A program made the translations under genes and the position numbers. Under the pieces are notes generated by a model, which was not told the origin of the DNA, did no database searches, and saw only the letters and a program-made list of their open reading frames with translations. This document shows, piece by piece, positions 1 through 8,850 of a DNA stretch of 64,000 bases. Source of the stretch: Candidatus Limnocylindrales bacterium (GTDB lineage: Bacteria > Desulfobacterota > Binatia > UBA1149 > CAITLU01); the NCBI GenBank assembly GCA_035571835.1, contig DATNBU010000041.1:11955-75954 (forward strand), written 5' to 3'. The first letter of the stretch is position 1; each line of letters begins with the position of its first letter.

Positions 1-1766
1 ACCCGCGCTCGCTCGTCACTCCCACCACCGACAAGGCGGTGGCGTTCAATGTCGCGTGGTACTCGTGCATGGGACGCCAGCCGGCAACCTGCGGAGAGCT
101 GCGCGAGCTTCGCGCCCTCGGCGGCCGACTGCTTCGCGGCGACGGCCTGCCGGGCGCCGGATGGGAGTTCAGCGGCGACCATTCGAGCAGCTCATGGTCG
201 ATCTCGTCGGACCAGTACAACTCGCTGTGGTTTCGATGGGGACTGCTCGAGCGGCCGGCCGACTATGACGAGCTCGTCGCCGAGCGCTACGGAACCCCGC
301 TCAGCTCGGTGCGCAATCCGTACCCGCTCCCCGGCGAAGACCCGAACCTGACCGACGGCGGCTCCGGCCAGCTGCCGATGGCGCTTACGCAGACGCGCAA
401 TGCCGACGGATCGTGGACCGGCAACGTCGGCATCACATGCTCGGTCTGCCACAGCGGTCAGGTCGGAAATGCGGCCGACGGACCGGGCCTCGGACCTCTC
501 AACGGCAACAACGGCCTGACCGACGTCAACCTGCTGCTCACCGAGATGGGAAGCGCGAGCAACGGATTCACGGTGATGAGCCTGAATCGCGTACGCGGCA
601 GCGGCAACATCACCAACTTCCAGCTGTTCGGACTGCTCACATTGTTCGACTTCAACACGACGCTGCCGGGAATGGTCGAGAATCCGGGTCTGTGGACGTC
701 GGGCAACACCGGAAGCGAAGACCCGCCGAACTGGTGGAACCTCGGACACCGGCCCGCGAAGTTCTACGACGCCGGCATGAGCAGCGATTCCACGCGCATC
801 GAGCTGTCGTGGTACATGCCGGGCGCGGCGACGCCGAGCTTCCAGGAAGGCTACGACTGGATCAACGACCACGACTACGCAGCCAACACGTGGATGCTGA
901 GCCTGACGTCGCCCGTCTACCCGATGGCGATCGACGAACGGCTCGCGAAAAAGGGCGCGAAGCTGTTTCACCGGCTCAACCTGTGGGACTCGAAGCGCGC
1001 CAATCCGGTGCCGCGTCCAGAAGGCGGCAACGGCTCATGCGCAAGCTGTCACGGCGCCTATTCGCCGCGCTTCGCAAAGAAGCCGCAGTTCCTCGCAACG
1101 CCGCTGCTGACGGGAATCGCGGCCAACGTGACGCCGATCGACATCATCAACACCGACCCGGCAAGAATGGACGGCAACAGCGAAGCCGTCGAAGGCGCGG
1201 CCGCCGCGAGCTGGTTCACGTACTACGGGCAGGACGGCTGCGCGGAGAAATACAACCTCATCGGATACCTGGCGCAGCCGCTGTACGGCGTGTGGGCCTC
1301 GGCGCCGTATTTCCACAACGGCTCGGTGCCGGACGTGTGGGGCGTTCTCAAGTCGTCGGACCGTCCGCTGTTCTGGCGCCGCCTGTCGAAGCCCGCGCGC
1401 GACGGAGTCGTCATGGGCTACGAGAGCGATCTCGCGCGCGGATACGACCCGGTAAAGCTCGGGTGGAAGTACGACGACCTCGCGTGCGGGTCGCCTGAGG
1501 TTACGCCGTATCTCGAGTGCGATCCGGCCGATCCGTTTGCGACGCCGCTCCTCGAATCGTGGATGTCGACGATGTTCGCGAACGGGTCCTTGTCCTGGAA
1601 CATCCTCGGCACGGTGCTCGCGCCGACGCTGACGAACCAGCAAATCGAAGACCGCAAAATCTACAACACCCGCATGTACAGCCAGTCGAACAGCGGGCAC
1701 GAATTCACCGACGTGCTGACGGACGACGAACGCACCGCCATCATCGAATACCTCAAGACACTGTGA
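1..1766 (+). CDS. di-heme c-type cytochrome, 5'-truncated at the window edge (two CxxCH motifs: CSVCH, CASCH)
   Basis: The reading frame is open from nt 3 with no upstream stop, so the gene continues beyond the window. Two canonical heme c attachment motifs are present. ORF 39..1766. Confidence 0.6.
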   Translation, partial: PRSLVTPTTDKAVAFNVAWYSCMGRQPATCGELRELRALGGRLLRGDGLPGAGWEFSGDHSSSSWSISSDQYNSLWFRWGLLERPADYDELVAERYGTPLSSVRNPYPLPGEDPNLTDGGSGQLPMALTQTRNADGSWTGNVGITCSVCHSGQVGNAADGPGLGPLNGNNGLTDVNLLLTEMGSASNGFTVMSLNRVRGSGNITNFQLFGLLTLFDFNTTLPGMVENPGLWTSGNTGSEDPPNWWNLGHRPAKFYDAGMSSDSTRIELSWYMPGAATPSFQEGYDWINDHDYAANTWMLSLTSPVYPMAIDERLAKKGAKLFHRLNLWDSKRANPVPRPEGGNGSCASCHGAYSPRFAKKPQFLATPLLTGIAANVTPIDIINTDPARMDGNSEAVEGAAAASWFTYYGQDGCAEKYNLIGYLAQPLYGVWASAPYFHNGSVPDVWGVLKSSDRPLFWRRLSKPARDGVVMGYESDLARGYDPVKLGWKYDDLACGSPEVTPYLECDPADPFATPLLESWMSTMFANGSLSWNILGTVLAPTLTNQQIEDRKIYNTRMYSQSNSGHEFTDVLTDDERTAIIEYLKTL

Positions 1767-1771
1767 AGCCA

Positions 1772-4294
1772 ATGAAAACAACATCCGCTCTGTTTACGAT
1801 TCTTCTGTCTGTTCTGGTCCACGCGTCCGCAGGCTACGCCTGCGATCCGGCTGCGGAGCCGAACAGGAGCGACATCGCCAGCGCCCGTGCGCTGATCGCG
1901 GCAAATTGCGACTGCTTCAACTCGACGCGACGCGATTACGCGCGCTGCGCGAAAGAGCAGGCGACTGCGGCATTGTCCGACAGCACGTGCCTTTCGTACG
2001 TGAAGCGGTGTTCCGCCCAGTCGACCTGCGGACGGCCCGGCGCGGTCACGTGCTGCGTGGCGACATCATCCGGGACGAAGTGCAAGATCGCGAGGGACAC
2101 GGCGCGATGCGATGCGCTCGAGGGAACGGTGAGCGACTGCTCGAGCGTCTGCGACGGCTCTCCGCTGCCGGGTAGCGGCCCGAGCTGTTCGGCGAGTGAA
2201 GTCCGCGTGCTGTCGAACCGCGCCGATCTCGTCAGCAGCGGCGATGCGCTGGTCGAGGTCGTGATCCCCGCGGGCATCGATCCATCGACGGTTACGGTCG
2301 ATGTCGACGGCGACGACGTCACCTCGAGTTTCGCGATGCGGCCGAACGGACGCTACGTGGGACTGCTGACCAACCTCGCGCTCGGACCGAACGTCGTGAC
2401 GGCGCGCATGCCCGGCGCCGAGCGCGAGCTCACGATCACCAATCATCCGAGCGGTGGGCCGATCCTTTCCGGTCCCCAGATCCAGCCGTGGATCTGCCAG
2501 GCAGATGCGGTCGACGCGCAGTGCAACCAGCCGGCAAGCTACACGTACCTCTACAAGTCGAGCGATCCGACCAAGCAGGGATTGCAGTCGTACGACCCGG
2601 AGAGCCCTCCGACCGACGTCGCCGATACGACCACCGACCGCGGCGTGACGGTGCCGTTCATCGTCCGTCTCGAGACCGGCTATCAGGACCGCGACCAGTA
2701 CCAGATCGCGACGCTGTTCCAGCCGAACCAGCCGTGGACGCCGTGGGAACCGCAGCCGCAGTGGAATCACAAGCTGCTGATCATGCACGGCGCGTCGTGC
2801 GGCGTGGAACATCAGACCGGATCAGCTCCTGGCGTTACGACTGGTGCGACCGTCGCCGATACCGCCGGCACCGCCGAGTACGCGCTCGGTCTCGGCTACG
2901 CGACGATGTCGACGGCTCTCGACAACAGCGGCCACAACTGCAACGTCGCCGTGCAGGCCGAATCGCTGATCATGGCGAGGGAACGTCTCGTCGAAGAGCT
3001 CGGCGAACTCGACTACACGATCGGTGCCGGCTGCTCGGGCGGCTCGCTCGCTATCCAGTGGATCGGCAATGCGTATCCGGGATTCTACCAGGGCATTCTG
3101 CCGAGCTGCTCGTTCCCCGACGCGTGGGGCACCGCAACGCAGTTCCTCGATTACCACCTGACGCTTGCGTACTTCACCGATCCGTCGAAGTGGGGACTCG
3201 GCATCGCATGGCTGCCGTCGCAGATGGCGGACGTGCAGGGACACATCTCGATCGTCAACTCGGAAGTCAGCGATGCGGCGCAGTTCCACGTGGCGGTTCC
3301 GACCGATCCGTGCGCCGGCGTCAGCGACGCCGAGCGCTACGATCCCGTGACCAATCCGGGCGGCGTACGCTGCGACATCCAGGACGCCGCCATCAGCATT
3401 CTCGGCCCGCGTCCGCCGGCCGACTGGTCTGCGAACGAGCAGGCGCTCGGCCACGGATTCGCCGGGGTTCCGATCGACAACGTCGGCGTGCAGTACGGGC
3501 TGACGGCGCTGCAGCAGTCGCTGATCACGCCGTCGCAGTTCGTCGACCTCAACGAGAAGATCGGCGGGCTCGACGTCGACGTCAATCCGATTCCGCAGCG
3601 CATCGCCGCGACCAGGCCGGCGCTTGCCAACGCGTACCGCAGCGGCCTGATCAACGAGGGCAACAACCTCGACCAGACCGCGATCATCGACTGCCGCGGA
3701 CCCGATCCCGGCGCGTTCCACGATGCGTATCGTGCGTTCGCGATGCGGGCGCGGCTCGATCGCGAGCACGGCACGCACGCCAACCAGCTGATCTGGGAAG
3801 GGCCGGTCGCGCTGTTCGCCGACGCGCAGTGCGTGAAGAACAGCTTCATCGCGATGGACCGGTGGCTGACGGCCGTCAAGGCGGACAGCACCGACAAGCC
3901 GCTCGCACAGAAGATCATCGACGACAAGCCCGCCGACCTTACCGATCGCTGCTACGACGGTGCAGGCGACAAGCTGACCGACGATCTTTGCGGCGAGGCG
4001 GTCGTGACGACGTTCCGCACGCCGCGCATGGTGGCCGGCGACGCGCTGACGACCGACACCAACAAGTGCCAGCTTAAGCCGCTCAGTCGGAGCGACAACT
4101 ACGGGCCGATCCCGTTCATGGATTCGGAATGGGCACGGCTGCAGGCGGTGTTCCCGGACGGCGTCTGCGACTTCTCGAAGCCCGGCGTCGATCAGCAGGG
4201 AACGATTCCGTGGCAGACGTATCAGGACGACGCCGCCGGCGGCGCGGTCATCTATGGTGGAAGACCGCTCGGTGATGCGCCGGTGTCGGAGTAG
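1772..4294 (+). CDS. secreted protein with N-terminal Cys-rich region and alpha/beta-hydrolase-like core (GAGCSGGS motif, tannase/feruloyl-esterase-like)
   Basis: Signal-peptide-like start MKTTSALFTILLSVLVHASAGYA at ATG 1772, six nt after the upstream stop. The upstream in-frame M at 1517 overlaps gene 1 and was rejected. The G-C-S-G-G nucleophile-elbow-like motif is seen in the translation. Confidence 0.55.
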   Translation: MKTTSALFTILLSVLVHASAGYACDPAAEPNRSDIASARALIAANCDCFNSTRRDYARCAKEQATAALSDSTCLSYVKRCSAQSTCGRPGAVTCCVATSSGTKCKIARDTARCDALEGTVSDCSSVCDGSPLPGSGPSCSASEVRVLSNRADLVSSGDALVEVVIPAGIDPSTVTVDVDGDDVTSSFAMRPNGRYVGLLTNLALGPNVVTARMPGAERELTITNHPSGGPILSGPQIQPWICQADAVDAQCNQPASYTYLYKSSDPTKQGLQSYDPESPPTDVADTTTDRGVTVPFIVRLETGYQDRDQYQIATLFQPNQPWTPWEPQPQWNHKLLIMHGASCGVEHQTGSAPGVTTGATVADTAGTAEYALGLGYATMSTALDNSGHNCNVAVQAESLIMARERLVEELGELDYTIGAGCSGGSLAIQWIGNAYPGFYQGILPSCSFPDAWGTATQFLDYHLTLAYFTDPSKWGLGIAWLPSQMADVQGHISIVNSEVSDAAQFHVAVPTDPCAGVSDAERYDPVTNPGGVRCDIQDAAISILGPRPPADWSANEQALGHGFAGVPIDNVGVQYGLTALQQSLITPSQFVDLNEKIGGLDVDVNPIPQRIAATRPALANAYRSGLINEGNNLDQTAIIDCRGPDPGAFHDAYRAFAMRARLDREHGTHANQLIWEGPVALFADAQCVKNSFIAMDRWLTAVKADSTDKPLAQKIIDDKPADLTDRCYDGAGDKLTDDLCGEAVVTTFRTPRMVAGDALTTDTNKCQLKPLSRSDNYGPIPFMDSEWARLQAVFPDGVCDFSKPGVDQQGTIPWQTYQDDAAGGAVIYGGRPLGDAPVSE

Positions 4295-4300
4295 CTGCTG

Positions 4301-4356
4301 AAAAGGGGACAGGTACATTTACGCAGCGCGTAAATGTACCTGTCCCCATTTTTTTT
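4301..4356. terminator. bidirectional rho-independent terminator between convergent genes (17-bp perfect stem GGGGACAGGTACATTTA / TAAATGTACCTGTCCCC, 9-nt loop, A4 upstream, T8 downstream)
   Basis: Perfect inverted repeat read directly in the sequence. It is flanked by an A-run and a T-run and sits between the stop at 4294 (+) and the stop at 4363 (-). Confidence 0.8.
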
Positions 4357-4362
4357 CCGTAG

Positions 4363-5817
4363 TTATTTCGCGGCGGCGCGGCGGCCGGCTTCGCGGCCGA
4401 AGAACGTTGCGTCGCCGAGCGAGATGCCGCTGCAGTAGCCGTAGGCTGCGATGCCCGACGTCGTGCGTCCTGCTGCGAACAGGCCGGCGATCTCGTTGCC
4501 ATCCGGATCGAGCACCTCGCCGGTTGGCTTCGTGTGCAGGCCGCCGAGCGTGAACGTCGCCCACAGCACTTTGTCCGGGCGGCAGTCGATGACCGCAAAA
4601 GGCGGCTCGACGAGCGGCTGCACGAGGGCAGGCACCTTGTGGAACGCGGGATCTTCGCCGCGCACGGCAAATCGATTGTAGTACTCGACGGTCGCCTGCA
4701 GCGATCCTTCGGGAAAGCCGGCACTCCGTTCGAGCTCTTCGATGGTCTCCTCGACGAACGTCGCCTCGAAGCCGAGCGCGTTGCGTTCGTAGATCGCGTT
4801 GTCGACGACCAGGAACACCTGCCCGTCGTGGCGGAACAGCGCTTCCTGTCCGACGCGCCCGTAGTAGGTGTCCTCGTTGATGAAGCGCTGGCCGTGGCGA
4901 TTGACGACGATGCCGCGCACGAGCCGGCGCGGCGGCGTCAGCGGCAGCGCGACCTCGGCGGCGTCCATGCGGATCGCGTCGGCGCCCACCGCCATCGCCA
5001 TGCGGATCGCCAGGCCGTCGTCGCCGTCGACGCCGAGCTTGAAGCTGCACGCGGCGATGCGCGGCTGGTGCCGCGCGACCATCTCCTCGTTCTTGACGAA
5101 CCCTCCGGCGGTGAGCACGACGCCGCGCCGCGCACGCACCACGCGATCATGTCCATCGTGACGGACGACGATGCCCGCCACGCTGCCGTCGTCCTCGACG
5201 ATCAGTGCATCGGCGCGTGCGTCGCAGACGATCGCTGCACCGCTTCGCTCGGTTGCCGCGACGAGCTTCTGCATCAGGAAGCCGCCGGCCGCCGCCGGAT
5301 GCTGCGGCTTGTGCGCGCGCGGAGCCGGCTTCGCGATGCGGTCGAACGGATGACCGTCCTCGCCGCCGGAGAAGACCAGGCAGTCGTCGGTCGGCGCTTC
5401 GAGCCCGGGCTCCGGATAGAAGCTTCGCTTGAACGGAACGCCGTGCGCCTCGAGCCAGTGGAAGTGCGACACGCTTTCGTCGCAGAACAGGCGGATCTTG
5501 GACTCGTCGGGCTCGGGCCCGAGCGCGGCCATGAGGAAGCCGAACATTTCGTCGGGAGAGTCCTCGTAGCCGCAGGCCTGCTGCACCGGAGTACCGCCGC
5601 CCATGTAGATGAGGCCGCCCGACATGGCCGACGTTCCGCCGCCGCCGCCGGATCTCTCGAGCACGAGCACGTCGGCGCCCGTTTCGGCGGCTTCGATCGC
5701 CGCGCACGCTCCGGCCGCGCCGAAGCCGACCACGACGACGTCGGTTTCGTTGTCCCACGCGGCGACGTCCCGCGCGCGCCGCGCCGCCGAGGCGCTCGTC
5801 TGCTGTTTCATCGTCAT
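4363..5817 (-). CDS. FAD-dependent oxidoreductase, fumarate reductase/3-ketosteroid dehydrogenase (KstD)-like flavoprotein
   Basis: N-terminus MTMKQQT...VVVGFGAAGACAAIEAAETGADVLVLER carries a GxGxxG FAD-binding fold. Start chosen at ATG 5817; the ORF-track start 6123 is an upstream extension through an R-rich low-complexity region. Confidence 0.7.
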   Translation of the reverse strand: MTMKQQTSASAARRARDVAAWDNETDVVVVGFGAAGACAAIEAAETGADVLVLERSGGGGGTSAMSGGLIYMGGGTPVQQACGYEDSPDEMFGFLMAALGPEPDESKIRLFCDESVSHFHWLEAHGVPFKRSFYPEPGLEAPTDDCLVFSGGEDGHPFDRIAKPAPRAHKPQHPAAAGGFLMQKLVAATERSGAAIVCDARADALIVEDDGSVAGIVVRHDGHDRVVRARRGVVLTAGGFVKNEEMVARHQPRIAACSFKLGVDGDDGLAIRMAMAVGADAIRMDAAEVALPLTPPRRLVRGIVVNRHGQRFINEDTYYGRVGQEALFRHDGQVFLVVDNAIYERNALGFEATFVEETIEELERSAGFPEGSLQATVEYYNRFAVRGEDPAFHKVPALVQPLVEPPFAVIDCRPDKVLWATFTLGGLHTKPTGEVLDPDGNEIAGLFAAGRTTSGIAAYGYCSGISLGDATFFGREAGRRAAAK

Positions 5818-5945
5818 CGGCTGTTCGCCCGGTCCGGCCGGCGCGCCGTTGTAGAGGAAGATCGCAGATCTCGCGAGAAGCGATGCGCACGGCGCCGGCG
5901 TGCGCGCGTTGCCTCGGAGCGACGGCCCGGGCAAAGGAGAGCCCC

Positions 5946-6740
5946 ATGATTCTCGATCGATTTCGGCTCGACGGAAAAGTCGCCATCGTAACCGGCGCAA
6001 GTGCAGGAATTGGCCGCGGCAGCGCGCTCGGGCTCGCCGAGGCCGGTGCGCACGTCGTGATCGCGGCCCGCACCGCGTCCACTCTCGACGATGCCGCCGC
6101 GGAGATCGCCGGCACCGGCGCACGCGTGCTGCCGATCGTCACCGACGTCAACGACGCCGCCCAGCTCGGACGGTTGGCCGACGCCGCGATCGCCGAGTTC
6201 GGCCGCATCGACATCCTCGTCAACAACGCCGGGGGTACGGCGCCGGGACCCGCGCTGTTCCTCGATCCGGACGACCTCGCCGCGTCGTTCCACTTCAACG
6301 TCGGTACGGCGCTGCAAATGTCCAAACTCTGTGCGCCGCACATGATCGCTGCAGGCGGCGGGTCGATCGTGAACATCTCGAGCGCGATGTCGTACATGGT
6401 CGAGCCGGGCTTCGTCGCCTACGGCGCGGCCAAGGCAGCGCTGTCGCACATGACGCGTCTTCTTGCGTGCGAATGGGCGCCTCACATCCGCGTGAACGCG
6501 CTCGCGGTGGGCGCGACCGAGACCGAGGCGCTCGGTATGTTTCTGAACGCGTCGCCGACCGTGCGCGATGACATGATCGCGATGACGCCGATGGGCCGCC
6601 TCGGCACGCCCGAAGACATTGCGCTCGGCGTGCTCTATCTCGCGTCTCCCGCCTCGAGCTGGATCACCGGCAAGGTCTACGAGATCGACGGCGGCACGGT
6701 CGCATCGAACTGGCCGATGAAGATGCCGAGCGGGCTCTGA
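5946..6740 (+). CDS. SDR family oxidoreductase (short-chain dehydrogenase/reductase)
   Basis: KVAIVTGASAGIG Rossmann motif with the YGAAK active-site motif. RBS AAGGAG lies 7 nt upstream of ATG 5946. Divergent from the flavoprotein gene. Confidence 0.8.
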   Translation: MILDRFRLDGKVAIVTGASAGIGRGSALGLAEAGAHVVIAARTASTLDDAAAEIAGTGARVLPIVTDVNDAAQLGRLADAAIAEFGRIDILVNNAGGTAPGPALFLDPDDLAASFHFNVGTALQMSKLCAPHMIAAGGGSIVNISSAMSYMVEPGFVAYGAAKAALSHMTRLLACEWAPHIRVNALAVGATETEALGMFLNASPTVRDDMIAMTPMGRLGTPEDIALGVLYLASPASSWITGKVYEIDGGTVASNWPMKMPSGL

Positions 6741-6843
6741 AGCGGAATCACGCGGCCGTGCGATCGTGAGCAGCATCGGGAACGCGGGAAGAAGACGGCG
6801 CGGGACGGCGTTGTCCGCCCCGTCCGCGTTGTCCACGTTGCCC

Positions 6844-8850
6844 ATGCGCGCTGCATGCATCGCAGCCGCGATGAACCTCATCCTGATCACGGGCCTGCCG
6901 GGGAAAGCTGCAGCCGCAGCCGCTTCCAGAAGCGCAACGGCTTCCACGAGCGCAACTTCTGCAAAAGATCCGCAGCATACCGAGGCGCAGCGCCTTCCGG
7001 GTTTCCAGGGGCGTACGCTCGACGGCAAGACGCTGTCGACCGCATCGTTCTCCGGCAAGCGGCTGCTGCTGCTGTGCTTCAATCCCGGCATCGCGCAGTC
7101 GGCGGCGTATGCGCAGGCGCTTGCGAACCTTGCGCCCGAGCGAAGCCGCAACAACTTCGAGATCGCCGGCGTTGCGATGGGGCTCGATCCCGCGGACGCG
7201 CGCGCATTCGCCGCGAAGCTCAAGCTCGACTTCCCGATCTTCGACGACTCGGACGCGACGATCGCGGGCGGCCTCGGGCTGCAGGCTCCGGTGGTCCTGC
7301 TTGGCGTCGACGCCGAAGGTCGCGTCGGCATGGCGATGCTCGGCTTCGAGCACGAGCAGGAGATCCCGGCGGTTGCCGTTGAAGATCACGTCCGCGAGTT
7401 CCTGCGGCTTCCTCGCGCTGACACCGTAACCGGCGGCGCGCTCGATCCGCGGCCGAAAGCGCCGCCGTTCGATGCCGAGCGTCTGAGCGGAGGCGACCGC
7501 TTCCGGCTATCCGATCTGTCGGGCAAGCCGGTGGCGCTGGTGTTTTTCATGCCGACCTGTCCGCACTGCCGCGATGCGCTGCGTTTCTTCAAGGGCGAGC
7601 TTGCGCGCATGCCCGAGAAGAATCGTCCGGTGCTGGTCGGAGTATCGATGGACAGCCGCGCGTACTCGGTCGAATCCACGCTTGCGGAAGAGAAGCTCGA
7701 CTTCTTTCCGGTGCTGCTCGATGCGGACCGCAGGATTGCCTCGGCCTACGGTTCGTTCGCGGGAGTTCCCGACATCGTCCTGATCGATGCGACGGGGCGT
7801 ATCGCGTTCCGGAGCAAAGGATGGAGCGAGGAGCCCGACGCAAGACTGATGCGGATGCGCCTTGCGCGCCTGGCCGGCGCCGAAGTGCCGATGCTGCTCG
7901 ACTCGCACGGATTCAGCGGCAACGACACGTGCGCCATCTGCCATACGATGGAAGCGGCCGCGTGGAAGTACACCGAACACTCGGTCGCATTCGACACGCT
8001 CGTGACGCGCGGAGCAGATCACGATCCGAAATGCGTCGGCTGCCACGTCGTCGGCTTCGGCCAGGCCGGCGGGTACTCCGAAGCCGCGCGCCAGCAGAAC
8101 CTCGAGAACGTCGGATGCGAGACGTGCCACGGCAAGGGCGGCGGACATCTGGACGCGCGATCGAAAACCGCCGGCGGGGCGGCGGCGGTCGACTATCGGT
8201 CCGCCTGCAAAGGCTGTCACGACCCGCAGCATTCGCTCGGCTTCGAGTACGAGAAGTTCCTGCCGAAAGTCTCGCACGCGGCCATCGCCGCGCTCAGCGA
8301 CGCGGAGCGAGAGAAGCTGATCGCCGGACGAAACCGTCCGCGTGACCTGCTGCCGACGGGGTCGGCCGTCGTCGGCTCATCGGCGTGCAAGACCTGCCAC
8401 GAGCATGAATACTTCCTGTGGTCGACGACGGCCCACGCGCGCTCGGTCGAAAGCCTCCGAAAGGAGCGCAAGGAATCGAAGGCCGAGTGTCTTCGCTGTC
8501 ACGTGACGGCCTACGGGCGCCCCGGCGGTTTTCCCGACGGCGAGCCGGTGCGTGCGCACGAGGATCTCGCACGCGTCGGTTGCGAGTCCTGCCACGGCGC
8601 GGGGGCCGAGCACGTGAAGAGCGGCGGCAAGCAGCTTGCCGGCATCGTAACGCTCGGCGACAAGTGCGACTCGTGCGTGATCCTGCAGATCTGCGGCGGG
8701 TGTCACGACGACGCGAACGATCCCGACTTCCGCTTCAACGTGACCCGCAAGATCGATCTCCAGCACCACGGGCGGGCGCCTGCGGTGCCGGAACGATCCG
8801 TTGATACGACGCGCGATACGAGCAGCGCCGCGACCAGCGCCGGCAACTAG
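6844..8850 (+). CDS. fusion protein: two thioredoxin/TlpA-like domains (second with CPHC) plus octaheme c-type cytochrome (8 CxxCH)
   Basis: The translation shows MPTCPHCRDALRFF...VPDIVLIDATGRIAF, a redoxin fold. Eight heme motifs follow: CAICH, CVGCH, CETCH, CKGCH, CKTCH, CLRCH, CESCH, CGGCH. Signal-like start MRAACIAAAMNLILITGLPG at 6844; an alternative start is 6766. Confidence 0.75.
   Translation: MRAACIAAAMNLILITGLPGKAAAAAASRSATASTSATSAKDPQHTEAQRLPGFQGRTLDGKTLSTASFSGKRLLLLCFNPGIAQSAAYAQALANLAPERSRNNFEIAGVAMGLDPADARAFAAKLKLDFPIFDDSDATIAGGLGLQAPVVLLGVDAEGRVGMAMLGFEHEQEIPAVAVEDHVREFLRLPRADTVTGGALDPRPKAPPFDAERLSGGDRFRLSDLSGKPVALVFFMPTCPHCRDALRFFKGELARMPEKNRPVLVGVSMDSRAYSVESTLAEEKLDFFPVLLDADRRIASAYGSFAGVPDIVLIDATGRIAFRSKGWSEEPDARLMRMRLARLAGAEVPMLLDSHGFSGNDTCAICHTMEAAAWKYTEHSVAFDTLVTRGADHDPKCVGCHVVGFGQAGGYSEAARQQNLENVGCETCHGKGGGHLDARSKTAGGAAAVDYRSACKGCHDPQHSLGFEYEKFLPKVSHAAIAALSDAEREKLIAGRNRPRDLLPTGSAVVGSSACKTCHEHEYFLWSTTAHARSVESLRKERKESKAECLRCHVTAYGRPGGFPDGEPVRAHEDLARVGCESCHGAGAEHVKSGGKQLAGIVTLGDKCDSCVILQICGGCHDDANDPDFRFNVTRKIDLQHHGRAPAVPERSVDTTRDTSSAATSAGN

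Noticed and set aside
2488-4077. 529-aa + strand ORF and many similar long ORFs (e.g. 192..971 -, 2822..4318 -, 4534..5949 +, 5814..7331 -, 10052..12430 -, 26604..28235 +, 46685..49489 +, 55852..57471 -)
   Set aside because: They are antisense or alternative-frame to genes with clear domain content. Their translations are Arg/Ala/Pro-rich low-complexity sequence typical of off-frame reading in ~70% GC DNA.
4334-4438. 34-codon + strand ORF starting MYLSPFFF inside the terminator right arm
   Set aside because: It arises from the palindrome and is antisense to the 3' end of the flavoprotein gene. It only mirrors the true MYLSPFF N-terminus of the gene at 31403.
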